Positions 19,708-28,390 of a DNA stretch of 64,000 nucleotides are shown here, piece after piece. Each line of letters starts with the position of its first letter. Position 1 is the stretch's first letter. Under the pieces are notes generated by a model that was not told where the DNA came from, searched no databases, and was given only the letters and a program-made list of their open reading frames with translations. A program made the position numbers and the translations under genes. The DNA is from an uncultured Verrucomicrobiae bacterium (GTDB lineage Bacteria > Verrucomicrobiota > Verrucomicrobiia > Chthoniobacterales > JAATET01), in assembly GCA_963719495.1 (NCBI GenBank), contig CAVRCI010000008.1, positions 64,001 to 128,000 of the forward strand. The letters run 5' to 3'.

Positions 19708-21105
19708 ATGGAAAAATCTCTCCCCGGCATCGACAGTCTCGTCGCTTTCACCAACACGGCGGGCCTCAATGGGCGCGGCACGTTGGTTCACATCTCGCGG
19801 TCCGTCGCCGTCTTCGAGGTCTACAACCCGTATTCGATCATTCAGCTCTCGGAGGTTCTCCAGGAGCTGTCCGTGATGCGCGGCGAGCGGGTGATTTATC
19901 GTGGGCGAGGGGTGGTGACGAGCATCGTGGCGACGGGCTTGATGGTGATCGTGTCGGTGACGTTGATTGATTCGTGGAATTCCGTCGGGCACCTCGAGCC
20001 GGGTGGGGCGCTGCAGGATGCGGTCACGGCGTTCATCAACGACTGGGAGGAGGGGCAGGATCTGACGCCCGAGTATCAGCTGGCGGTGAACCAAATGGCG
20101 GATTTCCTTTCCGATTCGAGCCGATGGATCGAGGAAGCGGAGACGGCGATCGTCGGGACGGAAAAGATCGACCCCGACCGGGCGGCACGGTTCCGCGAGT
20201 CGCTGCAGGAGCCGGTGGCGGCGAAGTTGCAGGGATTGATTCAGGCCTTTGAAAACGAAGCCCGCAACGTGCCGGACGAAGAGTCGGCGCTCTACAAGGC
20301 GTTTTCGCGGCGGGAGATTCATCCCTTCATGCTCTGCGCGCCCTTTGCGTGGCGGTCGTTCTACAAGCCGCTCGGATACGCGGGCGACTACGAGATGGTG
20401 AACATGATGCTCCAGGAGTCGCCCGACGTCGGGAACAACACCTACGCGCGCATCTTCCACGATCTCACGACCAGCGTCGCGGCGTGCCTCGCGCACCGCA
20501 ATCGCATCACGATCCTCGAGCGACTGCTCGCCGAGGAGGCCGAGCGGGTGACCGAGGAAGAGCGGATCTTCACCGTGCTGACGGTGGCCTGCGGACCGGC
20601 GGTCGAGATCCAGCGTTACATCCGGACGCAGGATCTGGCGAACCAGAGCGCGCTGCACCTGATGGATTTCAACGAAGAAACGCTCGCCTACGTGCAGGAG
20701 CGCGTGGAGGCCGCGATGGACGCGTCGGGGCGGAAGCCGACGGTGAAATTCATCCGCAAGTCCATTGATGACCTGTTGAGGAACGTCCACATCGAGAACG
20801 AGGAATTCCTGCCGACCTACGACATGATTTATTGCGCGGGGCTGTTCGATTATTTCCCCGACAACGTCTGTCGCAACCTGCTCGAGCTCTACTACCAGTG
20901 GGTGCGGCCGGGTGGGTTGCTCGCGGCGACGAACGTGCATCCGAACAACCCGGAGCAATTTCTGATGGAGCATTTGCTCGAGTGGTATCTCGTCTACCGG
21001 GACGAGGCGCACCTCGAGTCGCTCGCGCCGAAGGGCTGCTCGCCGGAAGTCTTCGCCGATGACACCGGGGTGAACGTTTTCCTGACCGTGCGAAAGCCCG
21101 AATGA
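19708..21105 (+). CDS. phcB: PhcB-like class I SAM-dependent methyltransferase (3-hydroxy fatty acid methyl ester signal synthase family)
   Basis: 465 aa; 'KPLGYAGDYEMVNMML', SAM motif 'VLTVACGPAVEI', 'YDMIYCAGLFDYF', 'MEHLLEWYLVYRD'; followed by membrane kinase and receiver genes as in phcBSRQ. Confidence 0.8.
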   Translation: MEKSLPGIDSLVAFTNTAGLNGRGTLVHISRSVAVFEVYNPYSIIQLSEVLQELSVMRGERVIYRGRGVVTSIVATGLMVIVSVTLIDSWNSVGHLEPGGALQDAVTAFINDWEEGQDLTPEYQLAVNQMADFLSDSSRWIEEAETAIVGTEKIDPDRAARFRESLQEPVAAKLQGLIQAFENEARNVPDEESALYKAFSRREIHPFMLCAPFAWRSFYKPLGYAGDYEMVNMMLQESPDVGNNTYARIFHDLTTSVAACLAHRNRITILERLLAEEAERVTEEERIFTVLTVACGPAVEIQRYIRTQDLANQSALHLMDFNEETLAYVQERVEAAMDASGRKPTVKFIRKSIDDLLRNVHIENEEFLPTYDMIYCAGLFDYFPDNVCRNLLELYYQWVRPGGLLAATNVHPNNPEQFLMEHLLEWYLVYRDEAHLESLAPKGCSPEVFADDTGVNVFLTVRKPE

Positions 21106-23726
21106 CGAGCCCCCATCCAGTCGAAAGCGATCCGGTGTTGGCCGCCGCATTCCGGGCGTCCAACGGTCGGCGGCTCGTGCGCGGTCTGCTCGTTGCGAAC
21201 GGGCTGTCGGTGATCGGGGTGCCGGGTGGGTTCGTGCTGGATTACTTTTTGTATCCGGCGAATTTTTTGCAGTTTCTCGCGATCCGCTTCGGGGTGGCCG
21301 CCCTGCTGATCGTGATCATGGGCCTGCTCGTCCGGGAGCGGAAGGCGCCGCGAGTCGGTCTCGTCAATGCGCTCGGAATTCTGTCGGCGTTGATCATCAA
21401 TTTTGCGTTTTGCCTGATGATCGCGACGACCGACGGGGCGGGGTCGCCCTACGTCGTTGGGGTGATTCTGATTATCACGTGCTGGGCGGTCATGCTGCCT
21501 TGGACGGCGACGGAGACGGCCGTGGTATGCGTGGTGTCTTACGTCGGCTACGCGGTCGCGTGCTTCGCGAACGCGGGATCGCTGCAGGCCGAAAATTTTC
21601 CGCTCTTCGCGTTCAATTCGTTCTTCGTTTTGATCACGACGGCGGTTTGCGTCGCGATCTCGATTTTTCAGGCGCGGTCGCGGTTCGATGATTTTCGACT
21701 GCGGCACGAATTGGACGAGCGCAACCGCGAGCTGCGGGATCTGGACCGGCTGAAAACGCAATTCTTCTCGAACGTGAGCCACGAACTCCGGACGCCGTTG
21801 ACGATGATCCTGAGCCCCGTGGCGGATTTGCTGCGGCGGACGGAGGCCCTCGAGCCGGCGGTCCACGGGACGATGATCGTCGTGCAGCGGAACACGCTGA
21901 GGTTGTTGAAATTGATCAACGATCTGCTCGATCTCACGCGGATGGATCAAGGCGTCGACGTGCTGCGGCGGAAATCGGTGGAGGTCGACGAGTTCGCGCG
22001 AGGAATCGTCGAGTCGATGCGGCACCTCGGTCTGTCGAAGCGGTTGCGGATGAAGATCGAGGCGGGGGACGCGGGCTTGCGCGGCGATTTCGACCCGGCG
22101 CGGATGGAGAAAGTGCTGCTCAATCTGCTGACGAACGCGATGAAATACACGCCGGCCGGCGGCACGATCACGGTGCGCTGGGGGGCGGGCGAGAGGGCGG
22201 CGGGCGGCGTGTGGTTCGAGGTCGCGGATACCGGCGTCGGGATTCCCGAGGAGGATCTGGCCCGGATCTTCGACCGCTTCCACCAAGTGAAGAGCAATGC
22301 GGCGAATCAGAATCAGGGCGTCGGCATCGGGCTGGCCCTGGCGAAGGAACTCGTCGAGCAGCACGGCGGGACGGTGGACGTGAAGAGCCTCGTGGGCGAG
22401 GGGACGGTTTTCCGGGCGAATCTGCCCGCCGTCGTGGAGGATTTGGACGTCGCCGAGACCGAGCGGATGGCGTTCGACGAAATCGAGGAGCCGTTCGAGA
22501 AGGCGTTTCGCTCGGCGGACCGGAGCTGGACCTACGACGACTCGGCGGACGTGGATTTGCCGGAGGTGGGATCGGGTTCGCAGACCGTGCTGGTGGCGGA
22601 CGACGAGCACGACATGCGGCGCTACGTCGTGTCCCTGCTCGCGGAGGACTATCGCGTGATCCAGACGCAGCACGGCGGAAACGTCGAGGAATTGGTGGCG
22701 AAGCACCGGCCCGATCTCGTGGTGCTGGATTGGATGATGCCCGGGAAGGACGGTTTGCAACTCTGCCAGGCCCTGCGGTCGCGGGAGGAGAACAAGGATT
22801 TGAAAATCGTGCTGCTCACCGCGCGGGCCGACGAGGATTCGAAAATCGACGCGCTGCAGGCCGGGGCGGACGATTTTCTCACCAAGCCGTTCAGCAGCGT
22901 CGAGGTGCGGACGCGGGTGCGGAATCTCCTGCGGGCCGGGCAGATGCAACGCGACCTGCGGGCGAGCAACGACGACCTCACGGCCACGCTGACCAAATTG
23001 CGCGACACCGAGACGATGCTCATCCAGAGCGAAAAGATGAACGCGATCGGCTCGCTTTCCGCCGGGTTGCTGCACGAGATCAACAACCCGCTCAACTACA
23101 CGCTGACGGCGATCAGCATCACCCACCAGTTCCGCGACACGCTGTCGGAGGATCTGCGGGAGATCCTCGACGACGTCGAGGAGGGGATGACGCGGATCCG
23201 TGATGTCGTGACCGATCTGAAAACCTTCGCCTACCCCGAAAAGGCGGGCGTCGAGGCCGACGTGGCGGTTTCGGAATTGCTGCGCAGCGCGCTCAAGATC
23301 ACGGCCGGGGAGCTGGACGGCGTGCGGGTCGACGTCGATCTACCGGAGGATTTCGAGGTGCGCGGACAGAAGACCCAGCTCATGCACATCTTCATCAACC
23401 TGCTCAACAACGCGAGCCGCGCGATGCGGGAGGCCAACCTGGCCGGTCCGCGGGTGGTGACGGTCCGCGGGAGGACTCTGGGCGACTTGGCGGTCGTGGA
23501 GTTGCGCGACAGCGGGCCGGGGATCCCGGCGGAGATCATCAACCGCGTCTTCGATCCCTTTTTCACGACCCGGGCGGTCGGCTCGGGCATGGGGATGGGC
23601 CTGAGCATCTGCCACACGATTTTGGATTCGCACCGGGGCACGATCCGGGTGGAGAATCACCCGGACGGCGGGGCGCATTTCACCATCGAACTCCCACTCG
23701 CCGAGTCGGCGCTACTCTCATGCTAA
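21102..23726 (+). CDS. PhcS-like membrane hybrid histidine kinase (multi-TM, HisKA-HATPase-REC-HisKA-HATPase)
   Basis: About six N-terminal TM helices; H-box SHELRTPL; GVGIGLA; receiver VLDWMMPG...KPF; second H-box LHEINNPL and GSGMGMGLS; ATGA overlap with phcB-like gene. Confidence 0.85.
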   Translation: MTSPHPVESDPVLAAAFRASNGRRLVRGLLVANGLSVIGVPGGFVLDYFLYPANFLQFLAIRFGVAALLIVIMGLLVRERKAPRVGLVNALGILSALIINFAFCLMIATTDGAGSPYVVGVILIITCWAVMLPWTATETAVVCVVSYVGYAVACFANAGSLQAENFPLFAFNSFFVLITTAVCVAISIFQARSRFDDFRLRHELDERNRELRDLDRLKTQFFSNVSHELRTPLTMILSPVADLLRRTEALEPAVHGTMIVVQRNTLRLLKLINDLLDLTRMDQGVDVLRRKSVEVDEFARGIVESMRHLGLSKRLRMKIEAGDAGLRGDFDPARMEKVLLNLLTNAMKYTPAGGTITVRWGAGERAAGGVWFEVADTGVGIPEEDLARIFDRFHQVKSNAANQNQGVGIGLALAKELVEQHGGTVDVKSLVGEGTVFRANLPAVVEDLDVAETERMAFDEIEEPFEKAFRSADRSWTYDDSADVDLPEVGSGSQTVLVADDEHDMRRYVVSLLAEDYRVIQTQHGGNVEELVAKHRPDLVVLDWMMPGKDGLQLCQALRSREENKDLKIVLLTARADEDSKIDALQAGADDFLTKPFSSVEVRTRVRNLLRAGQMQRDLRASNDDLTATLTKLRDTETMLIQSEKMNAIGSLSAGLLHEINNPLNYTLTAISITHQFRDTLSEDLREILDDVEEGMTRIRDVVTDLKTFAYPEKAGVEADVAVSELLRSALKITAGELDGVRVDVDLPEDFEVRGQKTQLMHIFINLLNNASRAMREANLAGPRVVTVRGRTLGDLAVVELRDSGPGIPAEIINRVFDPFFTTRAVGSGMGMGLSICHTILDSHRGTIRVENHPDGGAHFTIELPLAESALLSC

Positions 23727-24823
23727 CTAATCCATCCAGCCGCCAATGCGGCATCCTCTACATCGACGACGAAGAAAAAGCGTTGAAATATTTCCGGCTC
23801 GCGTTCGCGCAGAAGTTCGAGATTTTCACCGCGCCATCCGGTCCCGAAGGTCTCGAGATCCTGCGGCGCGAATCCGCCAAGATCGCGATCGTGATTTCGG
23901 ATCAGCGCATGCCCGAGATGCTCGGCGCGGAGATCCTCGAGATCGTCCGCAACGAATACCCGCACGTCGTGCGCATTCTCACCACGGCTTATTCCGACCT
24001 CGAGAGTGCGATCCAGGCGGTGAACCGCGGCCACATCTACCAATACGTGGTCAAGCCCTGGGAAGTGCCGGAGCTGGGCATGGTGCTGCAGCGTGCGTCG
24101 GATTACCACCAGGTGCTGAGTGAGCGCGACGAGTTGCTGGCCGTGAAGTTGAGCACGCTGCAACGCGTGCTCTGCAGCGACCGGGTGAAGTGGCTGCTCC
24201 TGGCTTCGCGGGCGTGGGCCGAGGAGGAGCGAATCGCGCTGCGGCGGACGGTGGTCTCCTTGATCGAGGTGTTGCCGTCGCAGTTGAATCCGGCTCAGAC
24301 CAGGAAAGTGGCCGGAGTGAGCGCGCGTGACTTCGACCTCGAGCGGTTGATCTCCGGCGAATATTCGAACGCGACGATGTGCCTCGACGCGATCGACGCC
24401 CTGCGCGGTGCGTCGGGTTCGTGGAGCGAGCGGGCGACGACCGAGGTGTCCGGCCTGGCCGCCGCGCTGGCGGCCGGGTTGGAAGTGGCGGAGGATTCGA
24501 TCGAGACCGAGGCAAGTGGGTTGGCGGCGAGTGTCGCGCTCGATGGCGCGCCGATCGAGGCCTCGGAATTGGCGAGAGCGCTCGGCGGCGTGTTGGCGGA
24601 GAAGGAGTCCGGCGCGATCGCGGTGAATCTGCTGCGGACGCTGTTTGCGCTGGCGATGGCTGGTGGGAAGCTGGTCGTCACCGGTGGCGGGATGGAGTTT
24701 CGTTTTCTCGAAGGTGACGCCGAAGCGACCTCGGCGGCGGACGTGATCGCCGCGTTGCACGGACAATTCTCCCGCGCCGACCTGGCTGGTCTGCGACCCA
24801 CGGCAACCCCCGCAAAATCATGA
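23720..24823 (+). CDS. PhcQ-like response regulator (REC plus non-DNA-binding C-terminal domain)
   Basis: 'ILYIDDEEKALKYF...SDQRMP...VRILTTAYSD...YVVKPW' followed by 'ERDELLAVKLSTLQR'; no HTH recognisable. Confidence 0.75.
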   Translation: MLTNPSSRQCGILYIDDEEKALKYFRLAFAQKFEIFTAPSGPEGLEILRRESAKIAIVISDQRMPEMLGAEILEIVRNEYPHVVRILTTAYSDLESAIQAVNRGHIYQYVVKPWEVPELGMVLQRASDYHQVLSERDELLAVKLSTLQRVLCSDRVKWLLLASRAWAEEERIALRRTVVSLIEVLPSQLNPAQTRKVAGVSARDFDLERLISGEYSNATMCLDAIDALRGASGSWSERATTEVSGLAAALAAGLEVAEDSIETEASGLAASVALDGAPIEASELARALGGVLAEKESGAIAVNLLRTLFALAMAGGKLVVTGGGMEFRFLEGDAEATSAADVIAALHGQFSRADLAGLRPTATPAKS

Positions 24824-26022
24824 CAAAATTCAAAAAGAAAGGCGTTCTGATGGTCGACGACGAGGAGATCGCGTTGAAGTATTTCTCGCGGGCCTTCGAC
24901 GACCGGTTCGCGATCCATTCCGTTTTGTCGACGAAGGAAGCGATGGAGTTCCTCGAGGAGCGTGGCGACGAAATCGGGGTTCTGGTGACGGATCAACGGA
25001 TGCCGGACGCGAACGGGCTGGATCTGCTGTGCCGGGTGCGGGAGGAATTCCCGACGGTCGTGCGCATTCTGACGACGGCTTACACGGAGCAGCAGGTGCT
25101 CGTCGACGCGATCAACTCCGGGGCGGTGTATTCGTTCGTGTCAAAACCGTGGGATCTCAACGAGTTGGAGTCAGTCCTGACCAACGCGCTGGAGGATCAC
25201 GAGCGGCAGGCGGCGGAGGCCTCGCTGGTGGCGGCGAAATTCGATGAATTGCGCGCCCAGATTCTGGAGGACCGCGTCTTCGACGTCGGGATGGTATCGG
25301 CCAAGATCGGGCATTACATTCACAACGCTCTGTGCCCGCTCACGTTCATGATCGAGCAACTCCTCGAGCACAGCCCGGCTACGCCCGATCTGCCGCTCGA
25401 GTTCGTTCGCAGCACGCGGGACCACCTTTACGACGTCGCCCAGACGCTCAAGGACCTCGAGCAGGTGAGCCAGCCGACGGCCGAAGCGGACCTCGAATGG
25501 CTGAATCTCGACCACCTGGCGGTGCGGGCCCTCGCGGAGACCGAAGTGATCCGAAATCAGAAGAAGCTCCACATCGAAAAGAAGGTCGATCCGGATACGC
25601 CCCTCATCCGAGGATCACTCGATCAGATCGCCAAGCTCTTCCGCTTCATGATCGCGGAGGAGATCGTCTCGCTGCCCGAGAGCAGCACGGTGCACCTCGG
25701 GATCGCTCCCAACCTCGTGGACGGCGAGGTCCTCGGGGCGCAGATCAGTTTCGACGATTTCGTGCCGGTGGCGCGGCACACGTGCGCGGAGAGTCTGCTC
25801 CATCCCTTCAATCTGCGGGGCTCGAATCCGCGGGAGTTCGGGGTTTTTCTGGTGTCGTGCTACTTCATCGTCCGCCACCACGGGGGGTCGCTGACGGCGC
25901 GGATCAACGAGTGGGGTGGGCTTTCCCTCTCGCTATTCCTCCCCAGCGTGGACGACAGTCCGGCGACGGAGGATTTCCTGCTGACCAAAAGCCTCGGGAA
26001 TCCCTCGAACCGAAAGCGCTGA
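24820..26022 (+). CDS. PhcR-like response regulator (REC plus degenerate histidine kinase domain)
   Basis: REC 'MVDDEEIALKYF...TDQRMP...SKPW'; H-box-like 'GHYIHNALCP'; C-terminal 'FGVFLVSCYFIVRHHGGSL' HATPase-like without canonical N/G boxes. Confidence 0.72.
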   Translation: MTKFKKKGVLMVDDEEIALKYFSRAFDDRFAIHSVLSTKEAMEFLEERGDEIGVLVTDQRMPDANGLDLLCRVREEFPTVVRILTTAYTEQQVLVDAINSGAVYSFVSKPWDLNELESVLTNALEDHERQAAEASLVAAKFDELRAQILEDRVFDVGMVSAKIGHYIHNALCPLTFMIEQLLEHSPATPDLPLEFVRSTRDHLYDVAQTLKDLEQVSQPTAEADLEWLNLDHLAVRALAETEVIRNQKKLHIEKKVDPDTPLIRGSLDQIAKLFRFMIAEEIVSLPESSTVHLGIAPNLVDGEVLGAQISFDDFVPVARHTCAESLLHPFNLRGSNPREFGVFLVSCYFIVRHHGGSLTARINEWGGLSLSLFLPSVDDSPATEDFLLTKSLGNPSNRKR

Positions 26023-26026
26023 ATCG

Positions 26027-27127
26027 ATGATTGCGGGTTCCCCTTTCAAAAAAATTCTCGTCGTGGACGATGAGCCCCTCGTTCGCCAGACGCTGAGCCT
26101 GTGTCTGCGGGACGAATACGACGTGACGGCGGTGGCGTCGGGCGAAGAGGCTCTGGCGGCATCGGCGGCGGATGCCTACCCGGTCGTGCTGTTGGATCTG
26201 TGCATGGAGGGGCTGTCGGGAATCGAGACGCTCAAGCGTCTGAAGGAAATGCGCGAGGTCCAGAAAGTGATCATCCTCACCGCGCACGAGAGCACGGAGA
26301 GCGCCATCGCGGCGGTGAATCACGGTGCTTTCAACTACCTGCTCAAGCCCTTCGAGCGAAAGCACCTCAAGGACGTGATCTCCCGGGGCTTCGCGGATTA
26401 CGAGCAGGAGAATCTCCGGACGCAGGAGATGCAATCGCGGCTGATGAGCGTGCACGACACGTTTTTTTCCATGCTCTGCCACGAGTTCAACACTCCGCTC
26501 AACGTGGTGCTGGGATTCTCGGAGCTGCTTTCGCACGACACCCGGGACGCCGAGCGGTCGGGATGGATCAAGGAAATCCAAAATTCCGGGCGTCAGCTCC
26601 ACGATATCCTCATGGAAATCGTCGATTACGTGAGCGCTTCCCACCTGGCGGAAGCCGGGGTGCAGACCGAATTGCCGCTGGAGGCTCTTTCCGAGACGCT
26701 GATCGCCTTCTCGAAGGAGCGGGGTCTCGTCCTGGAGTTTCACGATATGCGCCCGACCGGACAAAAGTATCGCGGGCCGGAGCGATCGATCCTGATGGTG
26801 GCGCGCAAGCTTCTCCGCATGGCGGCGCGTGGATCCAGCTTGGCGCGGTTGTCGGTGGATGTCGTCGAGAACGGCGATGTGATGGATTTGAGCCTGGTTG
26901 TCGAGCGGGTGAACGATGGGCGCGACGTCGGCCCGCGCGCCCGGCTGGACTCGTTGTTCGACCCCTACGGGGCGATCCGTGAGGGGGCGGGGCAGAGCGG
27001 GTTGGGGCTGGAACTGGCGACCTGCCGGAAGATCGCCGAATACGCGAAAGGCACCGTCGACTGCCAGCTGGCGGGCAGCGGAGAGATGCAGTTCGTCGCG
27101 CGGATTCCAATCGAACGGGTGGGTTAG
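26027..27127 (+). CDS. Response regulator REC-HisKA with degenerate HATPase
   Basis: REC 'VVDDEP...LLDLCM...LKPF'; H-box 'CHEFNTPLN'; 'GLGLELATC' G2-like box, N-box not evident. Confidence 0.8.
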   Translation: MIAGSPFKKILVVDDEPLVRQTLSLCLRDEYDVTAVASGEEALAASAADAYPVVLLDLCMEGLSGIETLKRLKEMREVQKVIILTAHESTESAIAAVNHGAFNYLLKPFERKHLKDVISRGFADYEQENLRTQEMQSRLMSVHDTFFSMLCHEFNTPLNVVLGFSELLSHDTRDAERSGWIKEIQNSGRQLHDILMEIVDYVSASHLAEAGVQTELPLEALSETLIAFSKERGLVLEFHDMRPTGQKYRGPERSILMVARKLLRMAARGSSLARLSVDVVENGDVMDLSLVVERVNDGRDVGPRARLDSLFDPYGAIREGAGQSGLGLELATCRKIAEYAKGTVDCQLAGSGEMQFVARIPIERVG

Positions 27128-27136
27128 CGGAGGCCG

Positions 27137-28390
27137 GTGAGAGGCTTGTTTCGTTGTTTCGTCGGCGCCGCGGCTGGGCTGTTGCTGGCGGTGGGTTGCT
27201 CGCGGGTGGCGGAGCCGCCGATCCGGGTCGGGGTCTTGCATTCCGAGACCGGGACGATGGCGATGAGCGAGCGAGCCGTGATCAACGCGACTCTGCTCGC
27301 GATTGAAGAAATCAACGAGGCCGGCGGCTTGCTGGGACGGCGGATCGAGCCGGTGATCACGGACGGGGCCTCCGATCCGGCGAGGTTCGCGGTGGCGGCG
27401 GAGCGGCTGCTGGCGGGCGAGGGGGTGAGCGTGATCTTCGGTTGCTGGACTTCGGCGAGTCGGAAGTCCGTGGTGCCGGTCGTCGAGGCGGCGGGCGGGC
27501 TGCTGTTTTATCCGCTGCAATACGAGGGGATCGAGCAGTCGCCGAACGTCGTCTACACGGGGGCGACGCCGAATCAGCAGGTCGTCCCGGCGGTGAGCTA
27601 CGCGTTGCGGGAATTTGGGCCGCGGGTCTTTCTGGTCGGCTCGGATTACGTCTTTCCCCGGATGACGAATCTGATCATTCGCGATCAGGTGAAGGCCCTG
27701 GGCGGACGCGTGGTGGGTGAGGAGTATCTCCCGCTGGGCGGAACGGACGTGGGCGGAATCGTCGACGCCATCGTCGCGGCGCGGCCCGACGTGATCCTCA
27801 ACACGATCAACGGCGACTCCAACGTCCCGTTCTTCGCCGCGTTGCGCGCGATGGGGATCACGCCGGAGAGCGTCCCGACGATGTCGTTCAGCATCGGCGA
27901 GACCGAGCTGGCCCAGATGGAGCCGGGGACGATGGCGGGCGACTACGCGGCGTGGAATTATTTTCAGAGTCTGGACTCGGACCTCAACCGGACGTTCGTC
28001 GACGCTTACCGGGAGAGATTCGGGCGCGACGCCGTGACGTCGGATCCGATGGAGGCGGCTTACGCCGCGGTGAATCTGTGGGCGCGGGCGGTTCGCGACG
28101 CGAGATCGGTGGATCCCGCGGCGGTGCGGGCGGCGATCGGGGGTCAGGGATTTCACTCGCCGGAGGGGTTGGTCTACGTGGACGAGGAGACGCAGCACAC
28201 CTGGAAATCCGCTCGCGTGGGCCGGGTGCGGGCCGATGGGCAGTTCGACGTCGTCTGGGAATCCGACAAGCCCGTGCGGCCGATGCCGTTTCCGATCTTC
28301 CGGACGCGCGCGGAGTGGGAGCGGGCGCTGGAGGATTTGCGAATGGAATGGGGCGGGGCCTGGTCGAACCCGGAGGCGGTGGCTCCATGA
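27137..28390 (+). CDS. urtA: UrtA/AmiC-family urea/short-chain amide-binding lipoprotein
   Basis: Lipobox LAVGC; '[15 protein letters not shown]', '[12 protein letters not shown]', 'FYPLQYEG', 'GSDYVFPR', 'NTINGDSN', 'SDPMEAAY'. Confidence 0.9.
   Translation: MRGLFRCFVGAAAGLLLAVGCSRVAEPPIRVGVLHSETGTMAMSERAVINATLLAIEEINEAGGLLGRRIEPVITDGASDPARFAVAAERLLAGEGVSVIFGCWTSASRKSVVPVVEAAGGLLFYPLQYEGIEQSPNVVYTGATPNQQVVPAVSYALREFGPRVFLVGSDYVFPRMTNLIIRDQVKALGGRVVGEEYLPLGGTDVGGIVDAIVAARPDVILNTINGDSNVPFFAALRAMGITPESVPTMSFSIGETELAQMEPGTMAGDYAAWNYFQSLDSDLNRTFVDAYRERFGRDAVTSDPMEAAYAAVNLWARAVRDARSVDPAAVRAAIGGQGFHSPEGLVYVDEETQHTWKSARVGRVRADGQFDVVWESDKPVRPMPFPIFRTRAEWERALEDLRMEWGGAWSNPEAVAP

Noticed and set aside
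12397..19970. Long alternative-frame ORFs over the PKS (e.g. 12397-15426 minus, 17403-19970 plus)
   Set aside because: Arg/Gly/Pro-rich shadow ORFs typical of high-GC DNA; no motifs, and they overlap a clearly real gene.
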